This document shows positions 1 through 11,100 of a DNA stretch of 64,000 nt, one piece after another (the stretch's first letter is position 1; every line of letters begins with the position of its first letter). Both the position numbers and the translations under genes were made by a program. The notes under the pieces are model-generated. The model was not told where the DNA came from. It saw nothing but the letters and a program-made list of their open reading frames with translations, and made no database searches. This DNA comes from Candidatus Versatilivorator sp. Its GTDB lineage: Bacteria > Acidobacteriota > Terriglobia > Versatilivoradales > Versatilivoraceae. The stretch covers positions 3,360,001 to 3,424,000 of the forward strand of contig OZ242296.1 of assembly GCA_965207735.1 (NCBI GenBank), in the 5' to 3' direction.

Positions 1-1500
1 GACGAGATCGAGCGCATGCGGACCGAGTTCCTGGGACAGGTGAGCCACGAGCTGCGCGCGCCGCTGACCTCTATCCAGGGCTCGGCGGTCACGCTGCTCG
101 AGGAGACGGCCGACCTCGACCCCGCCGAGATGCGCGAATTCTTCCGCATCATCGCCGAGCAGGCCGGCCACATGCGCGGACTCATCCGCGACCTGCTCGA
201 CGCGGGGCGCATCGACTCGGGCACGCTCACGGTCACCCCCGAGCCCTCGGAGGTGGCCGCCCTGGTCGAGCGGTCGCGAAGCACGTTCGTGAGCGTCGCC
301 GGCCGGCACGCCGTCCTCGTCGACCTGCCGGCTGGGTTGCCCCCCGTGATGGCTGACCGCCGGCGCATCGTGCAGGTGCTCAACAACCTCTTGTCGAACG
401 CCGCGAGGCACGCGCCCGAGGCGACCCCGATCCGCGTCGTCGCCGTGCGCGAGGACGCACACGTCGCCGTCTCGGTCTTCGACGAGGGCAGCGGCGTGGC
501 GCCCGAGCGGTTGCCGCACCTGTTCAGCAAGCACGCCGGCGCCAGGCAGGGCGCGACGGCGGGCCAGGGACTCGGACTCGCCATCTCGAAGGGGCTCGTC
601 GAGGCGCACGGCGGCCGCATTCGGGCCGAGAGCCCCGGCCCCGGCCGCGGCACGACCGTCACCTTCACGCTGCCGGTGGCCGGGGAGGCCCGGGCCGGGG
701 CGCCTGGCCACGCCGCCGTCCCGCCGGCGCCCCCCGAAGCCGGGGAGCCGCCGCGCATCCTCGTGGTCGACGACGACCCGCGGATGCTGCGTTTCGTCCG
801 CGCCGCGCTCGCCGAGGCCGGCTACGCCCCGCTGGTCACGGGCGCGCCGCAGGACCTCCCGCGCATCATCCGCACCGAACGGCCGCGCCTCGTACTGCTC
901 GACCTGATGCTGCCCGACACCGACGGCATCGAGCTGATGCGGCAGGTCCCCGAGCTTGCCGATCTGCCCGTCATCTTCATCTCCGCCTACCGCCGGGACG
1001 AAACCGTCGCCAAGGCGCTCGAGTCGGGCGCGGCCGACTACATCGTCAAGCCCTTCTCGCCGACCGAACTGGTCGCCCGGGTCCGGGCGGCGCTCAGACG
1101 AAGCGAGGAGCCCGAGCCGTTCGTGGTCGGAAATCTCGCCATCGACTACGGGCAGCGGCGGGTGACGGTCGGCGGAGAGGCGGTCGAGCTCACCGTGACC
1201 GAGTACGAGCTGCTTCGCGTGCTCTCGCTCGACGCGGGACGCGTCGTGACCTTCGAGACGCTGCTGCGCCGGGTCTGGGCCAAGGACGAGATCACCGACG
1301 CGAACCTGGTGCGCAATTTCGTCAGGAACCTGCGCCGCAAGCTCGGCGACAGCGCGTCCAGCCCCGCCTACCTGTTCAACGAGCGCGGCGTCGGCTACCG
1401 CATGGCGAAGCCTCCGGGCCGCACTGCCGGATCGCCCCGGGTCTACTGGACCGATCACGTCCCGCGGAAGAGCGGGCGGCCCCATTTGCGCCACCCCTAG
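1..1500 (+). CDS. Hybrid sensor histidine kinase / receiver / OmpR-type winged-helix regulator in one polypeptide (5' end outside window)
   Basis: H-box SHELRAPLTSI, N-box QVLNNLLSNA, G-boxes DEGSG and GQGLGLAI, receiver ILVVDDD...LLDLMLP...KPF, wHTH LTVTEYELL...LRRKLGD...GVGY. Frame is open back to base 1. Confidence 0.9.
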   Translation, partial: DEIERMRTEFLGQVSHELRAPLTSIQGSAVTLLEETADLDPAEMREFFRIIAEQAGHMRGLIRDLLDAGRIDSGTLTVTPEPSEVAALVERSRSTFVSVAGRHAVLVDLPAGLPPVMADRRRIVQVLNNLLSNAARHAPEATPIRVVAVREDAHVAVSVFDEGSGVAPERLPHLFSKHAGARQGATAGQGLGLAISKGLVEAHGGRIRAESPGPGRGTTVTFTLPVAGEARAGAPGHAAVPPAPPEAGEPPRILVVDDDPRMLRFVRAALAEAGYAPLVTGAPQDLPRIIRTERPRLVLLDLMLPDTDGIELMRQVPELADLPVIFISAYRRDETVAKALESGAADYIVKPFSPTELVARVRAALRRSEEPEPFVVGNLAIDYGQRRVTVGGEAVELTVTEYELLRVLSLDAGRVVTFETLLRRVWAKDEITDANLVRNFVRNLRRKLGDSASSPAYLFNERGVGYRMAKPPGRTAGSPRVYWTDHVPRKSGRPHLRHP

Positions 1501-1502
1501 TG

Positions 1503-1586
1503 CCGGGAGCGACCCCTCCAAAACCGGCGGTTTCGCGGCGCAATAGGTGTTCCTCCGTTACACCCATCGCGCGGGGTCGCTCCCGG
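1503..1586. repeat. Long inverted repeat / hairpin (CCGGGAGCGACCCC ... GGGGTCGCTCCCGG)
   Basis: Perfect 14-bp arms at 1503-1516 and 1573-1586; core 12-mer recurs at 19390-19401. Confidence 0.75.
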
Positions 1587-1689
1587 TGAATTGTTCCCTC
1601 CGGGAAGGGTGCGGGCGTCGCAGTGCCTGCGTCCGCGGGGCCGTGACAGCCGGGCGCGGGCTACCGGGACCGAGCGTGCGACGACCGGT

Positions 1690-2075
1690 CGCGGCCCGGG
1701 CGACGCTTCGGTGGCACCCCAGGGCGTCGCGCACCATCTCCCGTTCGAGGTCCTCGCGGGCCTCGGCGGGCGTCGGGCGCCGGTCGGCGGCGGCGGACTT
1801 CCGGAAGGCAGACGGCAGGGCGTCCGGGCCGACGGGGCCGTAGCTCGGCCCGCTGATGGTGAGGTTGGCGAGCACGATCTGCAGCTCGCGGACGTTGCCG
1901 GGCCAGGAGTGCGCCGCAAGCGCCGTGACCGTCTCCCGCGCCAGGGCCGCGCGGCTGCCGGCCGCGGCCGCGATGCCCTTCAAGCAGTGGTCGGCGAGCC
2001 GGGCGACGTCCGGCCCGCGCTCGCGCAGCAGCGGGGCGGTGAGCGCGACGACGTTGAGGCGGTAGAGCAGGTCGC
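1690..2075 (-). pseudogene. Fragment of a sigma54-dependent (NtrC/Fis-family) transcriptional activator
   Basis: Reads DLLYRLNVV..LRERGPDV..HSWPGNVREL and start of Fis HTH (LEREMVRDAL..SVARAA). Walker A/B and GAFTGA region and the end of the HTH are missing. Confidence 0.8.
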
Positions 2076-2082
2076 ACCCTGA

Positions 2083-2118
2083 CCTGAAGAGCAGTATTCC
2101 GGTCCGAAGACCTTCAGG
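2083..2118 (-). terminator. Stem-loop just downstream of the adhesin stop (GGTC-TTCG-GACC inside CCTGAAG/CTTCAGG arms)
   Basis: UUCG tetraloop hairpin on the adhesin sense strand 20 nt after the stop. No U-tract, so terminator function is uncertain. Confidence 0.3.
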
Positions 2119-2137
2119 CGGATCGCATGCCCCACAC

Positions 2138-5100
2138 TCAGAAGTTCAGAACAAGACTGATGCCGATACGGTAGTCAGGGGAGCCGGACGGTCCGACCGA
2201 CAGGCCGGCAGCAGGATCCGGGCGACGACGGCGATAATCGCCGAACAACTCCAGCCGAAGACCATCGGCCACCATTTCGGATATCGACTTGGATGCACCC
2301 GAGACCTCCAGGCGCAGGCCACCTCCCAGGCGGGGGGAGTCCAAACCCTCCAGGTCCATCTTTGCAAAGGGTCCCAGCCGCCCGCGGCCACCCCAAGTTT
2401 CCAGTCTGTAGCTAAGGTCCGCCTGGGTGCGGTTGGGTCGCAAGTGCACGCCGGTCTGCTCTTCCGTTCGGTTGCGTCCGACCGGCATCTGCTCGCTTCT
2501 CCACAGGGCATCGGCGCCTCCCGAGGTATTCCCCCACAGTGGAGCCAGGGAGAAGCCCCATCCCTTGCCGTCAGCTCCCGGGTCCAGGCGGACCGTGAGG
2601 CGGGCGCCCCGCTCCCTGAAGTTCCGGTCCTGGTGAGCGATCAGCCAGTGTCCGCGGGCTTCCACCACCAGCCCCAGGCGCCGGTTGGCAAACGAGGCTC
2701 CACCGGCCAGCTCCGCCCCAATGCCCGTTTCGGCGTCGCCTCCGTCCATCCGGGCGCCCACCTCCAGACTGGGGGTCAGGCGGGAGTTGGAGGACAAGGT
2801 CCAGTCGGTGCGGCCCTCCAGCATCAGGCGCGCCCGCTGGGTGTGACCGTTGACCGCCTTGAGGCCCCCCACCGCCTCCGAGCCGACGCTCACGGCGAAG
2901 GCATCGGCCTTCAGCGCCAGATCGACGGCTCCCAGTCGTGTCAGGTCGCTGCGACCGCCCAAGGCCGCCAAGCGTACATCGATGCCCATCTCAACCGAGT
3001 CGCCTTCAACCTCCACCTCGGCGGCGCCCCGCCCATAGCCCATCAGACCCCACAGATCGAATCCCGGACGAGGCGACCATTTCAGATAGGGGAGCGCGCT
3101 GGTCAGCCGCGCCCCCACCTCCAGATCGTTCCCGCCGTTTCCCCCGTTCGCGAAATCCAGGACTCCAACGCTGTGAGAGGCGGCCAGGCCCACCAGCGCC
3201 TTTGCCCCCCAGCGGCGGTCCGCCCCCAGGTAGGCCGCGCCCACCCGGCCGTCCAATCCCATGTCCGGCTGAGGTTGACCGTGCAAGCTGCTGCGCACTC
3301 CCTGGCCCCACAGCATCCAGTTGCTTCCTTGAGAACCGTCCTTGTCCGGTGCAAACTGGAAGGAGCTGTTGGACATCAGATTCCGGCTTGAGAGGCGGTT
3401 GAAGCCGTTTCGACCGGTAGCAAGGGGAAGGGAACCGGCTCCAAACCCTCCTGCCCCGCTACCGCCGCTCAAGCCGCCGCCGGGGGATAGCTCTGTCTGC
3501 GTTTTGGCTTGCCGCCCGGCTACGTCCCACTGCCCGGGCACAGGCCGGCCTGCTGCAGGTGTTCTGGTGAGAGAATCGGACGCAATAGATTCCGTGCCCA
3601 GCAAACTCGCCGCGGTCTGCAACCACTCGGCAACCCGGCTCCGGCCTTGATCATCGGGTGCAGTCTCGACGTCGAGCCTACGCCCGCCGAAGTTGGCGCG
3701 GGATTCCCGAGACGACACCTCGAAACGGCCGCCGATCGCGTCCACCGCCTGACTAGCTACCGTCCGGCCAAAAACCGCCAGCGACAACTCCAGTAACCGG
3801 CTGCGCCGGTCTTGAACGGACTCGACCATTACTCCAAAGGACTGCTCTGCGCTCAAGCCCTCGGGGTCGCGCGCCGTTACCGTGATGCGGGTGGAGGCTA
3901 TGGCCACCGGCGTAAGCACCACCTCACTGCCCGACAGGTTAACTTCCACCGTGCTGCTTCCATCCGATGCCCGTGCGTCGTAGCTCAGCGGATCTCCGTC
4001 CGGGTCGGTGAAGTAGCTCGCTACATCCACCGTTCCGTCACTTCCCAACGTCAGCACTTGGTCCGGAATGGGTTCCCCTTCCGGCCCGGCGTTCAAACTA
4101 ATGACCATGATCTTCACCGTCGCAATATTGCTCGAGGCGCCGTGGCTGTCCCTTACCTGGTAGGTAAAGCGGTCCTCGTGAGACCCTCTGCTGCCGTCAT
4201 GCACGAAGGTGAAGGTTCCGTCCCTGTTCAGAGTCAAGTGGCCGTGGTCGGGGCTGGTGATCAACTCCACCGACAACTGGTCTAAACCATCCTCCAAGTC
4301 GCTATCGTTGGCCAACACGCTGGATTGCGGGAAGAAGTTGGACTGTGGCGACTGCAACTGGTCCCAGTCGTTGTTGGTGTCGTCAGGAGGTTCCTCTGTC
4401 CTGCCGGTTGGATATTCTTCGCGGTTCACGGCGTAGGCGGATTTGTACTCGTTCGACAGTAACGAGATCGTGCCTCCTCGGAGCACCGTGATACTGTCGT
4501 CCACCGCCACGGGAGCATGGTTCTTCCCGGTGTCGCCCCCGTTGTCGTTGGTGATGGTGCCGGTGGCTGGGCCGCCCGCCGTTACGCCCGAGGGGGCGTT
4601 CGACACGTTCAGGCTCACCGTGAAGGTCTCGTCGTCTTCCACTACCTCATCCTCGATAGTCTCCACCGTGAAGGTCTGCTCCTCGCCCGCCGTGCCGGTG
4701 AAGCCGAGCGCCGCCGTGTTCTCCGTGTAGTCCGTGCCCGCCACGGCTGTGCCGTCACTGAAACCGGGCGTCACCGCCAGACCTCCCTGCACAGCCTGGT
4801 TCAGCGTTACCGTGAAGGTCAGAGAATCGCCTTCCACCGCGCTCGCATTGGCGATCGTCACCGTCGGGGTGCCGCCGGTCGCGCCGTCGTCGTCGGAAAT
4901 CGTTCCCGTGGCGGGATCGCCGACCGTCACTCCTGAAGGAGCGTTCGACACGTTCAGGCTCACCGTGAAGGTCTCGTCGTCTTCCACTACCTCATCCTCG
5001 ATAGTCTCCACCGTGAAGGTCTGCTCCTCGCCCGCCGTGCCGGTGAAGCTGAGCGCCGCCGTGTTCTCCGTGTAGTCCGTGCCCGCCACGGCTGTGCCGT

Positions 5101-8100
5101 CACTGAAACCGGGCGTCACCGTCAGGCCGCCCTGCACAGCCTGGTTCAGCGTTACCGTGAAGGTCAGAGAATCGCCTTCCACCGCGCTCGCATTGGCGAT
5201 CGTCACCGTCGGGGTGCCGCCGGTCGCGCCGTCGTCGTCGGAAATCGTTCCCGTGGCGGGATCGCCGACCGTCACTCCTGAAGGAGCGTTCGACACGTTC
5301 AGGCTCACCGTGAAGGTCTCGTCGTCTTCCACTACCTCATCCTCGATAGTCTCCACCGTGAAGGTCTGCTCCTCGCCCGCCGTGCCGGTGAAGCTGAGCG
5401 CCGCCGTGTTCTCCGTGTAGTCCGTGCCCGCCACGGCTGTGCCGTCACTGAAACCGGGCGTCACCGCCAGACCTCCCTGCACAGCCTGGTTCAGCGTTAC
5501 CGTGAAGGTCAGAGAATCGCCTTCCACCGCGCTCGCATCGGCGATCGTCACCGTCGGGGTGCCGCCGGTCGCGCCGTCGTCGTCGGAAATCGTTCCCGTG
5601 GCGGGATCGCCGACCGTCACTCCTGAAGGAGCGTTCGACACGTTCAGGCTCACCGTGAAGGTCTCGTCGTCTTCCACTACCTCATCCTCGATAGTCTCCA
5701 CCGTGAAGGTCTGCTCCTCGCCCGCCGTGCCGGTGAAGCTGAGCGCCGCCGTGTTCTCCGTGTAGTCCGTGCCCGCCACGGCTGTGCCGTCACTGAAACC
5801 GGGCGTCACCGCCAGACCTCCCTGCACAGCCTGGTTCAGCGTTACCGTGAAGGTCAGAGAATCGCCTTCCACCGCGCTCGCATTGGCGATCGTCACCGTC
5901 GGGGTGCCGCCGGTCGCGCCGTCGTCGTCGGAAATCGTTCCCGTGGCGGGATCGCCGACCGTCACTCCTGAAGGAGCGTTGGACACGCTCAGGCTTACCG
6001 TGAAGGTTTCGTCCTCTTCCACCACTGTATCCTCGACGGTCTCCACCGTGATGGTTTGCTGCTCCCCGGCCGTGCCGGTGAAGCTCAAAGGAACCGGGTT
6101 GGCCGTGTAGTCGGTGCTCTCTGTGGCCGTGCCGTCGCTGAAGCTCGGCGTCACCGTCAGCCCGCCCTGCACCGCCTGGTTCAGCGTTACCGTGAAGGTC
6201 AGAGAATTGCCTTCCACCGCGCTCGCATTGGCGATCGTCACGGTGGCGTTGCCCCCGGTCGTGCCGCCGTCGTCATCGGTGATCGTGCCCGTAGCCGTAT
6301 CGGTTGCCGTCACTGTAGTCGAGGCCCCGGAGACGGCCAGGCTGACGGTGAAGGTCTCGTCCGCTTCCACTACTGCATCCTCGACAGTCTCCACCGTGAT
6401 GGTTTGCTGCTCCCCGGCCGTGCCGGTGAAGCTCAAAGGAACCGGGTCGGCCGTGTAGTCGGTGCTCTCTGTGGCGGTGCCGTCGCTGAAGCTTGGGGTC
6501 ACCGTCAGCCCGCCCTGCACTACCTGATTCAGCGTTACCGTGAAGGTCATCGGATCGCCCTCGTCGGTCGATGCGTCGGCCACCGTCACGGCCGGCTCGG
6601 CGCCATCGTCGTCAGAAATGGTGCCTGTAGCGGGATCTCCCACCGTCACCCCTGAGGGAGCGTTCGACACGCTCAGGCTCACGGTGAACGTCTCCTCGGT
6701 TTCCGCCGCCGCATCCTCGACGGTCTCCACCACGATGGTTTGCGTCTCTCCAAGCGTGCCGACAAAACTCAATGCCTCCACGTTCGCCGTGTAGTCGCTG
6801 TCCGCGACCGCCGTGCCGTCAGCAAAGCTCGGCGTCACCGTCAGCCCACCCTGGACCGCCCGGTTCAGCGTTACCGTGAAGGTCAGAGAATCGCCTTCCA
6901 CCGCGCTCGCATTGGCAATCGTCACGGTGGCGTTGTTCCCGGTCGTACCGCCGTCGTCGTCGGTAATCGTTCCTGTTGCGGGATCGCCGACCGTCACCCC
7001 AGAGGGAGCGTCCGACACGCTCAGGCTCACGGTGAAGGTCTCGTCCTCCTCCACCACCGCATCCTCGGTGGTCGCCACCGTGATGGTCTGCTCCTCGCCC
7101 GTCGTCCCAGTGAAGCTGAGGGCTGCCGTGTTCTCGGTGTAGTCCGTACCCCCCGTCGCCGTGTCGTCCGTGAAGCTTGGTGTCACCGTCAGACCACCCT
7201 GTACTGCCAGGTTCAAGGTCACCCTGAAGGTCAGCGATTCCCCTTCCGCGGCGCTCGCACTCGCGATCGTCACCACGGCGGTCCCACGGCTCGGCAGGCC
7301 GTCGTCGTTGGTGATCGTCCCCGTGGCCGTATCCGTCGCCCTCACCGTCGTCGAGGTGTCGGAGACGTTCAGGCTCACGGTGAAGGTCTCGTCCTCCTCC
7401 ACCACCCTATCCTCGGTCGTCGTGACCGTGAAGCTCTGCGTCTCACCTGCCGTGCCGGTGAAGCCGAGCGCCGCCGTGTTCTCCGTGTAGTCCGTCCCTT
7501 CGGCCGCCGTCCCGTCGGCGAAGCCCGGCGTCACCGTCAGGCCCCCCGACACGGCCTTGTCCAGCGTCACGGTGAACGTCAGCGAGTCGCCTTCGCTGGC
7601 CGACGCGTCGCCAATCGTCACGGCCGCCAGCGCACCATCGTCGTTCGTGATCGTCCCCGTGGCGGTGTCGGTCGCCGTCACCGTCGCCTGCGTCCCCGAG
7701 ACGGTCAGGTTGACAGTAAACGTCTCGTCGTTCTCTGCGTCGGAATCTTCGGTCGTCGCCACGGTAAAGGTCTGCGTCTCGCCCGCTGTGCCCGTGAAGG
7801 TGAGAGCGGTTGTGTTCTCGGTGTAGTCGGTGCCCTCCGTCGCGGTCTCGTCGGTGAAGGCAGGCGTCACCGTCAATCCGCCGGACACCGCCTTGTCGAG
7901 GGTCACGGTGAACGTGATCTGGTCGCCCTCGGCGGCCGACGCGTCCTCGATGGTGACGGCGGGAACGGCGCCGTCGTCGTTGGTGATGGTGCCGGTGGCG
8001 GTGTCGGTCGCCGCTACCGGCGACTGTGTCCCGGAAACGGTCAGGTCGACGGTGAAGGTCTCGTCGAGCTCTGCGTCGGTGTCTTCGGTCGTCGCCACGG

Positions 8101-11100
8101 TGAAGGTCTGCGTCTCGCCCGCCGTCCCGGTGAAGGTGAGCGCGGCCGTGTTCTCGGTGTAGTCGGTGCCCTCCGTCGCGGTCTCGTCGGTGAAGGCAGG
8201 CGTCACCGTCAATCCGCCGGACACCGCCTTGTCGAGGGTCACGGTGAACGTGATCTGGTCGCCTTCGGCGGCCGACGCGTCCTCGATGGTGACGGCGGCC
8301 ACGGTACCGTCGTCGTTGGTGATGGTGCCGGTGGCGGTGTCGGTCGCCGCTACCGGCGTCTGTGTCGTGGTGACGGTCAGGTCGACGGTGAAGGTCTCGT
8401 CGAGCTCTGCGTCGGCGTCCTCGGTCGTCGCCACGGTGAAGGTCTGCGTCTCGCCCGTGCTGCCGGCGAATGTGACGGCGGCCGTGTTCTCGGTGTAGTC
8501 CGTGCCCTTCGTCGCCGTGCCGTCGGTGAAGCTCGGCGTCACCGTCAGACCACCGGACACCGCCTTGTCCAGCGTCACCGTGAAGGTCAGCGAGTCGCCC
8601 TCACTGGCCGATGCGTCCGCGATGCTCAGGGCCGGTAACTCGTCGTCGACGATCGTCCCCGTCGCGGTGTCGGTCGCCGTCACCGTCTCCGGCCCCGAGA
8701 GTCCGGAGACGGCCAGACCGACGGTGAACGTCTCGTCGGATTCCCCTTCGGTGTCCTCGGTCGTCGCCACGGTGAAGGTCTGCGTCTCGCCCGTGCTGCC
8801 GGCGAATGTGATGGCGGCCGTGTTCTCGGTGTAGTCCGTGCCCTTCGTCGCCGTGCCGTCGGTGAAGCTCGGCGTCACCGTCAGACCACCGGACACCGCC
8901 TTGTCGAGCGTCACGGTGAAGGTGATCGCGTCACCTTCGTCGGCCGAGGCGTCGGCCACCGTCACCACCGCCGGGCTGTGACCCATGTGGTCGTCGTCGG
9001 TGACGGTTCCGATCGCCGTGTCCGACGCCACCGTCGCCGATGTTCCCGACACGGTCAGGCTCACGGTGAACGTCTCGTCCGATTCCCCTTCAGTGTCCTC
9101 GGTCGTCGCCACCGTGAAGGTCTGCTCTTCGCCAGCGGTGCCGGTGAAGGTGAGCGCGTCGGTGTTCTCGGTGTAGTCGGTGCCCTCCGTCGCGGTCTCG
9201 TCGGTGAAGACAGGCGTCACCGCCAGCCCGCCGGACACCGCCTTGTCCAGCGTCACTGTGAAGGTAATCGAATCACCCTCTTCGGCTGACGCGTCGGCAA
9301 TCGTCAATGCCGCTTCGCCGTCGTCGTTGGTGATCGTGCCCCTAGCAATGTCGGTCGCCCTCACCGTTTCGGAGGTGCCGGAGACGGTCAGGCTCACCGT
9401 GAAGGTCTCGTCCGACTCGACGCCGGTGTCCTCGGTCGTCGCCACCGTGAAGCTCTGCGTCTCGTCCGCCGTCCCGGTGAAGGTCAGGGCCGCGGTGTTT
9501 TCGGTGTAGTCGGTCCCTTCCGTCGCCGTGCCGTCTGTGAAGCTCGGTGTCACCGTCAGCCCGCCCGACACCGCGTTGTCCAGCGTCACCGTGAACGTGA
9601 TCGAGTCACCCTCCGCGGCCGAGGCGTCGTCGACGGTCACCGCCGGCGCGTCGTCGTCGATGATCAACCCTTTCACGTCCTCCACAGTCACCTTCGCCGT
9701 CGTCCCCGAGACGCTCAGGCTCATCTCTAACACCTCATTCGGCTCGGGGTCGGCGTCGTCGATCGTCGCCACCGTGAGGGTCTGCTGCTCGCCCGCCGTG
9801 CCCTTGAAGCTGAGCGCCGCCGTGTTCTCCGTGTAGTCGGTCCCCTTCGTCGCCGTGACGTCGGTGAAGCTCGGCGTCACGGTGAAGCCGCCCGAGACCG
9901 CGTTGTTCAGCGTCATCGTGAACGTCAGCGAGTCACCCTCGGCTGCGATCCCGTCGGCAATCGTGACCCCCGTCCGTTGCAGCACGTCGTCGTCGGTGAT
10001 TGTTCCGGTCGCGATTTCGGTGTCGGTCACCGCCAGCGACGTCCCCGAAACGCTCAGGCCCACGGTGAAGGTCTCGTCCGGCTCGTTGGCGGCGTCCTCG
10101 ATAGTGGCCACCGTGAAGGTCTGCTCCTCGCCCGCCGTGCCCTTGAAGCTGAGCGCCGCGGTGTTCTCCGTGTAGTCGGTCCCCTTCGTCGCCGTGACGT
10201 CGATGAAGCTCGGCGTCACGGTGAAGCCGCCCGAGACGTCCTTGTCCAGCGTCACCGTGAACGTCATCGAGTCGCCCTCGCTGGCCGATTCATCGAAGAT
10301 CGTCAACTTCGGGTCGTCCAGATTGACCTGCACCCTGCATCGTTGCGCCGCGAGGTTGCCGTGGCCCTCTCCATCCGCGGCCACATTCTCAGCCACGTCC
10401 ACCGTCAGCGTCCCGGTGGCCGCCGGCGTGATCGTGGCCGTGTAGCTCGCCCCCGAACCGGTCAACGCCGTTACGGTTCCGTTGCCCACCGTCGCCTCCG
10501 CCTGTTCGAATCCCGTCACCGACTCCGAGAAGGCGATGCCCACGTCGAACGCTCCCGTCTGAGTGACGGTCGGACAACTGATGACCACCGTCGGCCGTGT
10601 CAGATCCACCGGGACCGTGAATTGATCCGCCGCCGTGTTGCCGTTGCCCGCTCCATCCTCGGCCACATTCTCGTCCACATCCACCGTCAGCGTCCCGCTG
10701 GCCGTCGGCGTGATCGTGGCCGTGTAGCTAGCCCCCGAACCGGTCAACGCCGTCGCGGCCCCGTTGCCCACCGTCACCTCTTCTTGCTCGAATCCCGTCA
10801 CCGACTCCGTGAAGGTGATCGTCACGTCGAAGGAGTCACTCTGGCTGGCCGTCGGGCCGGTGATGCTCACCGTCGGAGCATCCAGGTCAGCCTCCACGGA
10901 GTACCGGCTTGCCGCCGTGTTGCCGTTGCTCGCTCCATCCTCGGCCACATTCTCGTCCACATCCACCGTCACCGTCCCGCTGGCCGTCGGCGTGATCGTG
11001 GCCGTATAGCTCGACCCCGAACCGGACAGCGCCGTCGCGGTCCCGTTCCCCACCGTCACGTCCCCTTTCTCAAACCCGGTCACCGACTCCGTGAAGGTGA

